Below, piece by piece: positions 1-11,049 of a stretch of 64,000 nucleotides of DNA. Source of the stretch: Malacoraja senta (taxonomy: Eukaryota). The stretch is taken from NCBI GenBank assembly GCA_038087875.1, contig CM075998.1, positions 6,822,001-6,886,000 on the forward strand, read 5' to 3'. Below the pieces are notes generated by a model. It was not told where the DNA came from. It worked only from the letters and a program-made list of their open reading frames with translations, and did not search any database. Within the stretch, counting starts at the first letter, position 1, and every line of letters begins with the position of its first letter. The translations under genes and the position numbers were made by a program.

Positions 1-59
1 AAAATAGTCTACGCATTTATTCCTACAACCAAAGTGCATGACACATATTTTGCTAAACT

Positions 60-217
60 ATATTCTATCTGTACTATAAACTATATTAATTGTCCCAACA
101 TGTCCAAGTCCTTCTGCATAGTTACTGCCTTCTCTACACTGCCTGCCCCTCTACCTATCTTCATATCATCCGCAAACTTGGCCACAAAGCCTTCAATCCC
201 CCTCATCCAAATCATTA
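60..217 (-). mobile_element. Old CR1 LINE RT fragment, left half (continues at 5116-5330)
   Basis: Minus strand reads ..KFADD.. (atcatccgcaaacttgg). It ends at ..atccaaatCATTA, and the sequence resumes at 5116 CATTAatatacaacgtgaagagtagcgg. Start coordinate approximate. Confidence 0.7.
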
Positions 218-850
218 GAATGCCTTTTATTGTCATTACGAAATTTCATTTCTACAGTCTTGATATTACAAAAAAAAACAAGACCCACACTTAACACAAT
301 TTACACAAACATCCATCACAGTGAATCTCCAACACCTCCTCACTGTGATGGAAGGCAAAAGTCTTATCTCTTCCCTTGTTCTCTTCTCCCGCGGTCCAGC
401 AGTCGAACTGCAGCATCGAGGCGACTGGGGCTCACGATGTTAAAGTCCCCAGCGGGCGATGGTAAATCCTGCGGCCGTTTAAGCCGCGCGGGGCGATGTT
501 AGGCCCAATCCGAGTCATTTAAACCCCGCGATTCCAGTGGGAGAAGTTGCCGTTGCGGGAGCTCCGAAAAGCGGTCTCCCACCAGGGACCTGCAAGCTCC
601 CGATGTACCTGTCCACCGGGCCTGCGGCTGGAGCCTCCGAAGCTCCGAAGTCGGGTCACAGCCGTGCGCCACCACAGCTCTTCCCGCTCCAAAGTCGGCC
701 AGCTCCGCGATGGCGTGTCCCCAGGCTCCGCTTCTGGAGCCCTCAGGTTAGTCCCCGGCCTGAGGCCGCCGCCAGCTCCACGATGTTAGGCCCAACAACA
801 TCGGAGACCCGACAGGGAAAAAGTCGGGTCCCCGTACAGGGAAGAGATTA
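218..850 (-). mobile_element. GC-rich non-autonomous SINE-like retroelement, 3' part (5' end at 5022-5115)
   Basis: Reverse complement shares gccttccatcacagtgagga..cactgtg.tggatgttt..tgacaataaa and ggccta.catcg..gagctgg with the + strand copy at ~39036-39795. The whole unit is flanked by CATTA at 213-217 and 5116-5120. Confidence 0.6.
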
Positions 851-2011
851 AACTCCCCCAACATCTGGAACATGTTTCCTGCCTCTAGCGTGTCCAAACC
901 CTTCACAATCTTATATGTTTCAATGAGATCCCCTCTCATCCTTCTAAACTCCAGAGTATACAAGCCCAGCTGCTCCATTCTCTCAGCATATGACAGTCCC
1001 GCTATCCCGGGAATTAACCTTGTAAACCTACGCTGCACTCCCTCAATAGCAAGAATGTCCTTCCTCAAATTAGGGGACTATAACCGCACACAATACTCCA
1101 GGTGTGGTCTAACTAGGGCTCTGTACAACTGCAGAAGGACCTCTTTGCTCCTATATTCGATTCCTCTTATTATAAAGGCCAACATGCCATTCGCTTTCTT
1201 CACTGCCTGCTGTACCTGCATGCTTACTTTCATAGACTGATGTACAAGGACCCCCAGATCCCGTTGTACTTCCCCTTTTCCCAACTTGACGCCATTTGGA
1301 TAGTAATCTGCCTTCCTGTTTTTGCTACCAAAGTGGATAACCTCACTTCTATCCACATTAAACTTCATCTGCCAACTCCCCCAACCTGTCCAAGTCACCC
1401 TGCATTCTCATAGCATCCTCCTCACAGTTCACACTGCCTCACAGTTCACACTGCCACCCAGCTTTGTGTCATCTGCAAATTTGCTAATGTTACTTTGAAT
1501 CCCTTCATCCAAATCATTGATGTATATTGTAAATAGCTGCGGTCCCAGCACCGAGCATTGCGGTACCCCACTAGTCACTGCCTGCCATTCTGAAAGGGAC
1601 CCGTTAATCCCTACTCTTTGTTTCCTGTCTGCCAACCACTTCTCTATCCATGTCAGCACTCTACCCCCAATACCATGTGCCCTAATTTTGCCCACTAATC
1701 TCCTATGTGGGACCTTATCTAATGCTTTCTGAAAGTCCAGGCAAACTACATCCACTGGCTCTCCCTTGTCCATTTTCCTAGTTACATCTTCAAAAAATTC
1801 CAGAAGATTAGTCAAGCATGATTTCCCCTTCGTAAATCCATGCTGACTTGGACCGATCCTGTTACTGCTATCCAAATGTGCGGCTATCTCATCTTTTATA
1901 ATTGACTCCAGCATCTTCCCCATCACCGATGTCAGGCTAACTGGTCTATAATTCCCTGTTTTCTCTCTCCCGCCTTTCTTAAAAAGTGGGATAACATTAC
2001 CCACCCTCCAA
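851..2011 (-). mobile_element. CR1 LINE ORF2 (RT) fragment, degenerate; continues at 4809-5021
   Basis: ORFs 1429-2151, 1078-1398 and 748-1068 carry [38 protein letters not shown] and RPHLEYC. The junction ccctccaa|..|aatccacagg rebuilds VPVDWRV across the insert. Confidence 0.9.
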
Positions 2012-4808
2012 CCGCCCAGGAGCGGTTGGAGCGGCTGGTGCAGCGTCCGGGCAGTAGGTTTAAAACCCGAGCGTGGGGCTTTGTTCCTCAGAGGCCCAGG
2101 AGTGGTTGGAGCGACAGGTGCAGCGTTGCCCACTCTGCAACGTTCCATCACACTTCAAAAGAAGTGGTCTGGAGGAAGCCGCTGATTGGTGGAAGCGGAC
2201 TAGAGGAAGCAGCTGATTGGGAGTAACCCCAGGTGTGTATTTCTGCTCTCTGTTCGTACTTTTTAGTTAAAGGTACAGTGAGTTAAGGGTACAGTGAGTT
2301 AAGGGTACAGTGAGTTAAGGGTACAGTGAGTTAAGAGTACAGTGAGTTAAGGGTACAGTGAGTTAAGGGTACAGTGAGTTAAGGGTACAGTGAGTTAAGA
2401 GTACAGTGAGTTAAGGGTACAGTGAGTTAAGGGTACAGTGAGTTAAGGGTTCAGTGAGTTAAGGGTACAGTGAGTTAAGGGTAACAGTGAGTTAAGGGTA
2501 CAGTGCAGTTAAGGGTACAGTGAGTTAAGGGTACAGTGAGTTAAGGGTACAGTGAGTTAAGGGTTCAGTGAGTTAAGGGTACAGTGAGTTAAGGGTACAG
2601 TGAGTTAAGGGTACAGTGAGTTAAGGGTACAGTGAGTTAAGGGTACAGTGAGTTAAGGGTACAGTGAGTTAAGGGTACAGTGAGTTAAGGGTACAGTGAG
2701 CTAGGGGTACAGTGCGTTAAGGGTTCAGTGCGTTAAGGGTTCAGTGAGTTAAGGGTACAGTGAGTTAAGGGTTCAGTGAGTTAAGGGGACAGTGAGTTAG
2801 GGGTACAGTGAGTTAGGGGTACAGTGAGTTAGGGGTACAGTGAGTTAAGGGTACAGTGAGTTAAGGGTACAGTGAGTTAAGGGACAGTGAGTTAGGGGAC
2901 AGTGAGTTAAGGGGACAGTGAGCTAGGGGGACAGTGAGTTAAGGGGACAGTGAGCTAGGGGTACAGTGCGTTAAGGGTTCAGTGCGTTAAGGGTTCAGTG
3001 CGTTAAGGGTTCAGTGAGTTAAGGGTACAGTGAGTTAAGGGTACAGTGAGTTAAGGGGACAGTGAGTTAAGGGGACAGTGAGTTAAGGGGACAGTGAGTT
3101 AAGGGTACAGTGAGTTAAGGGTACAGTGAGTTAAGGGTACAGTGAGTTAAGGGTACAGTGAGTTAAGGGTACAGTGAGTTAAGGGGACAGGTGAGTTAAG
3201 GGACAGTGAGTTAAGGGGACAGTGAGTTAAGGGGACAGTGAGTTAAGGGGACAGTGAGTTAGGGGTACAGTGAGTTAAGGGTACAGTGAGTTAAGGGTTC
3301 AGTGAGTTAAGGGTACAGTGAGTTAAGGGTACAGTGAGTTAAGGGTACAGTGAGTTAAGGGTACAGTGAGTTAAGGGTACAGTGAGTTAAGGGTACAGTG
3401 AGTTAAGGGTACAGTGAGTTAAGGGTACAGTGCTTTTTAGTAAAGGTACAGTTTAAAGGATTAAGATTTTTATAGTGAGAGAGAGTTGATTTAATTTGGG
3501 GGTAAACCATGGCAGTTGAGATCGGCCCGTGGATTGCTCATCCTGCAACATGTGGGAGATCAGGGATATGGTCGGTGTCCCTGGTGACTACGTGTGCAGA
3601 AAGTGTGTCCAGCTGCAGCTCCTGGCAGACCGCATTGAACGATTGGAGCTGCGGTTGGATTCATACTGGAGCATCCACAATGCTGAGAAAGTCGTGAATA
3701 GCACGTACAGTGAGTTGGTCACAACGCAGGTAAAAGTTAAGCGGACAGAAAGGGAACGGGTGGCCACTAGACAGCGTAGCAGTAGGCAGGTAGTGCAGGA
3801 GTCCCCTGCGGTCATCTCCCTCCTAAACAGATATACCATTTTGGATACTGTTGGGGGAGATGGCTCATCAGGGGAAGGAAGCAGCAGCCAAGTTCATGTT
3901 CCCATCCCCCTGCCACATTAGTTTAAATCCTTCCCGACCGCACTAGCAAACACTCCCCCAAGGACATTGGTTCCATTCCAGCCCAGGTGCAGACCGTCCT
4001 GTTTGTACTGGTCCCACCTCCCCCAGAACTGGTTCCAATGCCCTAGAAATTTGAATCCCTCCCCCTTGCACCATTTTTCAAGCCACGTATTGATCTGAAA
4101 TATCTTCCTATTTCTACTCTGACTAGCACATGGCACTGGTAGTAATCCAGAGATTATTACCTTTGAGGTCCTACTTTTAAGTTTCTCCCCTAACTCCCTA
4201 AATTCACCTTGTAGGACCTCATCCCGTTTTTTACCTATATCGTTGGTGCCAATGTGCACCACGACAACTGGCTGTTCACCCTCCCCCTCCAGAATGTTCT
4301 GCAGCCGCTCAGAGATATCCCTGACCCTTACGCCAGGGAGGCAACATACCATCCTGGAGTCTCGTTTGCGGCCACAGAAACGCCTATCTATTCCCCTTAC
4401 AATTGAATCCCCTATTAGTATAGCCCTTCCACTCTTTTTCCTCCCCTCCTGAAACTTACAAAATTCTTAAGGGGTTGGACAGGCTAGATGCAGGAAGATT
4501 GTTCCCGATGTTGGGGAAGTCTAGAACAAGGGGTCACAGTTTAAGGATAAAGGGGAAATCCTTTAGGACAAAGATGAGGAGTGGTGAATCTGTGGAATTC
4601 TCTGCCACAGAAAGTAGTTGAGGCCAGTTCATTGGCTATATTTAAGAGTGAGTTAGATGTGGCCCTTGTGGCTAAAGGGATCAGGGGGTATGGAGAGAAG
4701 GCAGGTACAGGATACTGAGTTGGATGATCAGCCATGATCATATTGAATGGCGGTGCAGTCTAGAAGGGCCGAATGGCCTACTCCTGCACCTATTCTATGT
4801 TTCTATGT
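2012..4808 (+). mobile_element. Rearranged CR1 element: 5'UTR + ORF1 N-terminus (+), inverted ORF1 esterase domain (-), 3' end and tail (+)
   Basis: 3509-3897 (+) encodes CSSCNMW..CRKCVQLQLL..LELRL, the CR1 ORF1 zinc-finger/leucine zipper. About 3898-4452 (-) encodes GDSIVRG..HIGTND..DGLHL, the SGNH esterase. 4453-4808 is a CR1 3' end with a ctatgtttctatgt tail. Confidence 0.85.
2265..3432 (+). repeat. 16-bp minisatellite (AGTTAAGGGTACAGTG)n, about 73 copies
   Basis: Directly visible tandem array with point variants (GGGGAC, GGGTTC, GTGCG) and no unique spacers. Confidence 0.97.
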
Positions 4809-5021
4809 AATCCACAGGAACTGATCCTTTCTATAGAACATTGGAAAATTATCACCAATGCATCCACGATCTCTAGAGCCACTTCCTTAAGTACCCTGGG
4901 ATGCAGACCATCAAGCCCTGGGGATTTATCAGCCGTCAGTCCCATCAGTCTATCCAGCACCATTTCCTGCCTAATGTGGATTTCCTTCAGTTCCTCCGTC
5001 GTTTCCTTCAGTTCCTCCGTC
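4809..5021 (-). mobile_element. CR1 ORF2 fragment, 5' part of the 851-2011 element
   Basis: ORF 4790-5044 has KSPGLDGLHPRVLKEVALEIVDAL. There is a short tandem duplication (ttccttcagttcctccgtc x2) at the truncation point. Confidence 0.8.
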
Positions 5022-5115
5022 GGTGGCAGCCAGTGTCCACACATTAACGGGACAAAAATTTAAAAAAGACAGACGGACTGCAATCGAGCCGCTGCCGTTA
5101 GGCGCCACCACACTC

Positions 5116-5330
5116 CATTAATATACAACGTGAAGAGTAGCGGCCGCAGCACCATTGTGGAACTCCACTAGTCACTGGCTGCCAACCAGAAAAAGCCCCC
5201 TTTATTGCCACTCTGTTCCTTCTGCCTTTGAGCCAGCTTTCCATCTATGCTCATATCTTCCCTCTGATAAGGTGCTCTCATCTTCCTTAGCAGCCTCATG
5301 TGCGGAGGCACCTTCTGAAAATGCAGGTTC
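5116..5330 (-). mobile_element. Old CR1 RT fragment, right half of the 60-217 element
   Basis: ggaactccactagtcactggctgccaaccagaaaaagcccc is the reverse complement of the CR1 WQPVTSGVPQ region. Confidence 0.7.
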
Positions 5331-6121
5331 AGAGTGTACTATTTAACAGGACTTTTGGTAAATTGTTGCATTGTAGTACCTGGCACTGCTGTTTAGCCAT
5401 GGAGATATGTAACCATGGTGCATTGGAACACAGAAGCACCCCCTTTGGTCCACCAAGTCCATGCCGATCATTAACCCCTCACCCGCCCTTTACATTCATC
5501 CTATTTTACTCTCCCCACATTCCCTTTAATTTCTCCCAGATTCTAGCACCCATCCATGCAATTTGGGCAATTTACAGATACTTGGTCCAGTGAGATTCTT
5601 TGTTTGCATACAGTAGAAGTTTGCAAGAGTCGCCACGTGAAGGACACTGACAAAGTTACTAAAGTATTCAATATAGTCCTTCTTCCTTCTCCCCCAATCC
5701 CCTTTCACCCCGCAGTCCCTCTTTGTTCTCGGCGGCCCCTCCATGCATGTCCTTGTTCTCGGCACTCCCCCACACCGGGTCCTCCTTGTGCTTGGTGGCT
5801 CTCCGACGGTCTTCCACTCTCACTGACGTCATCTCCTGCTCTCCAACGGCCCTGCCTGCTCCTGGTCAGCTCCTCGCTCCTGTGGCAAAGCCCGATCCTG
5901 GTCGGCTCCTCACGCAAGTGGCTGGGCCCGGTCCAACATGGCTGTGCAGCGCTCGCCGGGAGCTCCTTTCTGCCCTGGTGCAGCGCTCGCCGGGCGCTCT
6001 CAGCCAGCAGAGGTCAATTAGCCTACAAACCCACACGTCTTTGATATGTGGGATGAAACCGGAGCACCCGGAGGCCTCCACGTCATCATGGACGGCCTGT
6101 ACCACACAATTCACTGCAACA

Positions 6122-6428
6122 CAGGGGCGGCACAGCGGTAGAGTTGCTGTCTCACAGCACCAGAGACCCGGGTTCGATCCCGACTACGGGTGCTGTCTGT
6201 AAGGAGTTTGTACGTTCTCCCCGTGACATGTGTGGGTTTTCTCCGGATGCTCCGGATTCCTCCCATACTCCAAAGACATGCGGATTTGTAGGTTAATTAG
6301 CTTCTGTGAAAATTGTAAATTGTCCCCAGTGTGTGCAGGATAGTGTTAGTGTGCGGGGGGGGATCGCTGGTCGGTGCGGACTGGGTGGGCCGAAGGGCCT
6401 GTTTCCACACTGTATCTCTAAACTAAAC
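6122..6428 (+). mobile_element. tRNA-derived V-SINE (HE1-like, elasmobranch)
   Basis: A/B-box head (ggcacagcggtaga..ggttcgatcc), central gggtgctgtctg..gagtttg.acgttctccccgtg domain, and CR1-like tail gggccgaagggcctgtttcc..ctaaactaaac. Confidence 0.85.
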
Positions 6429-6604
6429 ATAATCGAGCCGTTGCTATAGCGCTGTTTCCAGTGATGTCATAAGTGGTAGTTGCCGTGGGTACACCTAGCC
6501 TTCTGCTCATTTTGGCTGGCGTGCTGGAGCAGAGTGGGTGTAGATCTTTTACATCGCAACAGGCACGATAAATATATCCACTTTAGAGCACTTTCTTCTT
6601 CGCC

Positions 6605-6616
6605 ATGAGAGCCAAG
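6605..6616 (+). CDS. RPL41: 60S ribosomal protein L41 (eL41), coding exon 1 (MRAK)
   Basis: cttcttcgccATGAGAGCCAAG|gtaaaa: Kozak context, pyrimidine-rich leader, GT donor. Matches the known RPL41 N-terminus. Confidence 0.93.
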
Positions 6617-6769
6617 GTAAAAGTGCGCCAAATGCAACAATGAGATGAATGCAAACTAAATGGGATTCAGTCAGATAAATTCAGTCAGATAAATGGGAAA
6701 CCAATGGAAGGTCAACGGGATAAAGCAGATAATTTTTATTTAGGGGGGGGGGGGGAAACACACGCATGG

Positions 6770-7350
6770 TCAGTTCAGTTTATTGTCCCGTGTACCGAGG
6801 TACAGTGAAGAGCTTTTGTTGCATGCTATCCAGTCAGCGGAAAGACATTACATGATTACAATCGAGCCATTCGCAGTGTACAGATGCATGATAAAGGGAA
6901 TAACGTTTAGTGCAAAGTAAAGCCAGTGAAGTCCGATCAAGGATAGTCCAAGGATCCCCGATGAGGTAGATAGTAGTTCAGGACTGCTCTCTGGTTGCGG
7001 TAGGATGGTTCATTTGCATGTTAACAACTAGGAAGGAACTGTCCCTGAATCTGGAGGTGTGTGTTTTCACACTTCTATACCTTTTGCCCGATGGGAGAGG
7101 GGAGAAGATGGAGTGGCCAGGGTGCGAGAAAAGTCATTGGTGATATTGACTCCCAGATATTTGAAGTTCGCAACTATCTCTACTTCGGCACCATCAATGC
7201 AAACTGGGGCATGCGTCCCGCTATGCTTCCTGAAGTCGATCACTATCTCCTTTGTCTTGCAGACATTGAGAGAAAGATTGTTGTCTCAACACCAGGACAC
7301 GAGGTTCTCAATCTCCTTCCTGTACTCCGACTCACCATTATTTGATATCG
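6770..7350 (-). mobile_element. Rex1/Babar-type LINE 3' fragment
   Basis: Minus strand reads YRKEIENLVSWC..NNLSLNVCKTKEIVIDFRK..FKYLGVNIT. The tail tttattgtcccgtgtaccgaggtacagtgaa is shared with 62340-63300. Confidence 0.7.
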
Positions 7351-7454
7351 AGCCACAGGGAAAACATGTAAACTCCACAAAGGCAGCACTGTAGGTCAGG
7401 AGTAAATCAGTTGCGCCATTGTGAAGCAGTCTTCATTCTAGGTTCTGGTTCAAA

Positions 7455-7880
7455 AGATCATAAGACATAGGAGCAGAATTAGGCCATTCGGCCCATCAAA
7501 TCTACTCCACCATTCAATCACGGCTGATCTATTTTACCCTCTCAACCCCATTCTCTTATCTTCTCCCCATGACCTATGACACTCCTTCCAATCAAGAACC
7601 TATCAATCACTGCTTTAAAGATAGCCAAAGACTCGGCCTCCACAGCTGTCTGTGGCAATGAATTCCATAGATTCAGCCATGATCATATTGAATGGCTCGA
7701 AGGGCCGAATGGCCTACTCCTGCACCTATTTTCTATGTTTCTACCACCCTCTGGCTAAAGGAATTCCTCCTCATCTCCTTTCTAAAGTTACATCCTTTAA
7801 TTCTAAGGCTATGCCCGCTGGTCCTAGACTCTCCCATTAATGGAAACTTCCTCTCCACATCCACTCTATTCACCTATCAC
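7455..7880 (-). mobile_element. CR1 3' end fragment(s)
   Basis: cataggagcagaattaggccattcggccc tail, with a short opposite-orientation CR1 tail at ~7675-7745. Confidence 0.65.
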
Positions 7881-7982
7881 TACCCGGGAATTCCATTTCA
7901 CATCCAGGAATTGTAGGAGTGCGAGGTGGGGGAGAGGAAATTCGTTCAACGTACAATGCTAATCTTTCCTTTTCCTTTACAG

Positions 7983-8005
7983 TGGAGGAAGAAGCGCATG
8001 CGCAG
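7983..8005 (+). CDS. RPL41: RPL41 coding exon 2 (23-nt microexon, WRKKRMR)
   Basis: ttttcctttacag|TGGAGGAAGAAGCGCATGCGCAG|gtatgt, in frame with exon 1. Confidence 0.95.
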
Positions 8006-8089
8006 GTATGTCTCAGCCCAGTTAATTCCCCTCTAACTTCAAATTAAGTTGAAAATATAAAGAATTAGCTACCTTCATACGTGCATTGT

Positions 8090-8790
8090 TATAGGAGTAG
8101 AATTAAGCCATTTGGCCCATCAATCTACTCCGCCATTCAATCTTTCCCTCTCAACCCCATTCTCCCCGTAACCCCGACACCTGCACTAATTAAGAATCTG
8201 TCAATCTCTGGGGTAAAAATACCCAATTAATTGGCCTCCACAGCTATCTATGGCAACGAAATCCACAGATTCACCACACTCTGACAAAATAAATTCCTAC
8301 TCATCTCCTTTCTAAAGGTACGTCCTTTTATTCTGAGGCTTGGTCCTCTAGTCCTAGACCCTCCTATCAGTGGAAACATCTTCTCTACATCCACTCTATC
8401 CAGGCCTTTCACTATTCAGTAAGCTTCAATGAGGTCCCCCCTCATCCTTCCAATTTCCAGCGAGTACAGGCCCAGTGCCGCCAAACACTCATCACACAGT
8501 GCCCTCCATAATGTTTGGGACAAAGACCCATCGTTTATTTATTTGCATCTGTACTCCACAATGGGGGGACTATGTATAAACACAGCTGTAATTTCTACAT
8601 GGTGAAACCAAAATGCATAAAAATGGCCTTTAATAAAATCTGAACAATGTGCACTTTAACCACATGTGATTTTTTTCCATTACATATCTCAAATTGTGGA
8701 GTACAGAGGCAAATATATAAATGATGGGTCTTTGTCCCAAACATTATGGAGGGCACTGCATGTTAACATAATCATCCCCAGGATCATCGT
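8090..8790 (-). mobile_element. CR1 3' fragment interrupted by a Tc1 MITE
   Basis: CR1 tail plus ORF2 C-terminal sequence. aaacactcatca..tgttaac is split by the 8497-8758 insert. Confidence 0.7.
8497..8758. mobile_element. Tc1/mariner internally deleted derivative (262-bp MITE), same family as 28456-30090
   Basis: Terminal inverted repeats cagtgccctccataatgtttgggacaaagacccatc..gatgggtctttgtcccaaacattatggagggcactg. Confidence 0.92.
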
Positions 8791-10563
8791 CTTCGGGATG
8801 TAGGAGTAAACCGGAGCACCCAGAGGAAACCCACATGGTCACAGGGAGAACGAGCAGACTCCACAAAGACAGCAGTGGAAGTCACACTTAAACTGAAGTT
8901 GTGAGATTGCAGCTCCACCAGCAAGTTCCATGAAGGACAAGGGAAATAGTTAAGGAGACCCTACTCACTTGTGTTCACCTATTACTTACCAGGCTTTGTC
9001 CTGGCCCTCATCTCTACCAGCTTTCTTCCACCCCCATTCAATTAGTCTGAAGAAGGGTCCCGACCCAAAACGTTACCTGTACATTTTCTTCAGAGATGCT
9101 GCCCGACCCACTGAGTTACTCTGGCACTTTGTTTTTTCATGGGAAACAGCTATATGCGACCATCACCACCCGAGGGGAACACTAACCCATCCTGCATTGG
9201 AATTATAAATCCTGGAACTCCCTCCCCAATAGCTTTGTGGGAGCACCTTCACCAGAAGGACTGGAGTGATTCAAGGTGGCAGCCCACCCCACCTTCTCAG
9301 GCAATTAGAGATGGGCCATAAATGTTGGACTTGCCAAGGTATACCTGCATCCAAAGAAAATATCTTGTTTTTAATGATGTGATGAAAAACAGAGGAATCG
9401 AATGCAGTTGTGAATCTGAGGGTTTACGGTGGAAAAATTAAGTTGGGTAAAATATGGGTAACATGGAAGAGCTGGCGATTGGAAAGGCAGAAGGGTAATA
9501 ATTTGTGTAGGAAGGAACTGCAGATGCTGGTTTAAACCGAAGATAGACCCAAAATGTTGGAGTAACTCAGGCAGGCAGCATCTCCAGAGAGAAGGAATGG
9601 CTGACGTTTTGGGTCGAGATCCTTGTACAGTAATAATGTTAGCACTGGCTGTTGCAAGCTTTGCACACCAATAGCTAGAGTCAAGAGAGTTTAATGGTAA
9701 TATATAATTCTTACTTGCTGCAGCTTTGCAGGCATGTTAATGCAACAACAAATAAATATACAATAATTAATGCTATCATAAATTATCATTTATACAAGGC
9801 AACCAGAACACAATAGTGCAAACCAAAGTACACAGTGCAACCTATTAAAAAGTCTATTGTGATTTGGTGCTGAGGTAAGGTTATGGTTAGAAGTGTGCAG
9901 TGTGGTTCAAGACCCTGATGGTTGATTTGAATATTAATAAAATATGATGAAAATCAAGAGGCTCGTGGTTAATGGGAACAAAATAAGATTAATTTTTTAA
10001 ACTGCAGATGCTGGAAATCTGAAACTAAAGCAGAGAATGCTGTAAACACTCAGCAGTTCGGGCAACCTCTGTGGAGAGAGAAAAACAGTCAACGTTTCAT
10101 GTCCGACCTGGGAAAGATAGAGGTGCAAGTCGGCTCAAGTTAACACGGTGAAACGTACTTGTAGTTCACTCTTTCCTAGTCTAACAAAGGGTCACAGATA
10201 CGACACATTGATTATTTCTCTCTCCACTGAGGCGGTCTATCCTGAGTGTTTCCAGCATTTTCTGGTATTGTTACTAAGGTAAAATAGCAGAAACCCAGAA
10301 TCAAGACGTTTATCATATGTCCCAAAACTGAACGATGAAATCTTCACTTGTAGCATCACAACAGGTCTGTAAATACAGTATGCAATAGATAGTAAACAAA
10401 GACAAAGTAAACAAATGAAAAAACATAATGCGAGTCACCTACTTCTGGTTTTAACAGGAAATTTTAAGTAAGTGTCCTTTAAATGTGTGATTGTGTTACT
10501 GTAGTGATTTTGCCACTGCCATGTCTACTTTTTCAATATTCAATAATCAATTTCTTGTTACAG

Positions 10564-10606
10564 ATTGAAACGCAAGAGACGAAAGATGAGGCAAAGGTCC
10601 CAATAA
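10564..10606 (+). CDS. RPL41: RPL41 coding exon 3 ([14 protein letters not shown]-stop)
   Basis: tttcttgttacag|A TTG AAA CGC AAG AGA CGA AAG ATG AGG CAA AGG TCC CAA TAA. The three exons total 78 nt and give [25 protein letters not shown]. Confidence 0.95.
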
Positions 10607-10793
10607 CTTCATGTAGAGTTACTGTTGATCTTTGTACTGTCAAATTGCAAAGCAAAGAGGAATTGCAATAAGTCTTGTTCGCTTGGGGCACAACCATCAA
10701 TGTCCAAACACCATATTCATCACATTTGCTTTATCTTCTTGAACTCAAGAATGAAGTTGCAGTGGACATTGTATGTTGAAGCAGTAACTCTGT

Positions 10794-10799
10794 AATAAA
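10794..10799 (+). terminator. Candidate RPL41 polyadenylation signal AATAAA
   Basis: AATAAA about 190 nt after the stop codon, followed by a GT/T-rich tract. Confidence 0.6.
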
Positions 10800-11049
10800 T
10801 GTTTTTTTCTTGTTTACCATGAGCTAGCAAGGCTAATAATTGTATAATGTTAGAATAACAAATCTCATGGGTCCAAAAATCACTTGACCAACGAAATGGT
10901 GTTTGGTCTTCATTCGGCTGTTCTGGGAGAAGTAAAACACCAGTAACAAAGACAGGAAAAAAAATGCTAAGTTTCTCCGCAGTCCATGCACACAAATTCA
11001 TCGTTTAAAACCTGCGAGGATAGAGTGACCTACTGATATGTGAACAACT

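Noticed and set aside
2265..3432. CRISPR array or telomeric repeat
   Set aside because: Contiguous 16-bp units with no unique spacers and no cas genes; not (TTAGGG)n; eukaryotic context.
6122..6200. tRNA gene
   Set aside because: It is the tRNA-derived head of a SINE, followed by the SINE core and a LINE tail.
7993..8003. NRF1 site GCGCATGCGC
   Set aside because: Explained as the RPL41 exon 2 codons CGC ATG CGC.
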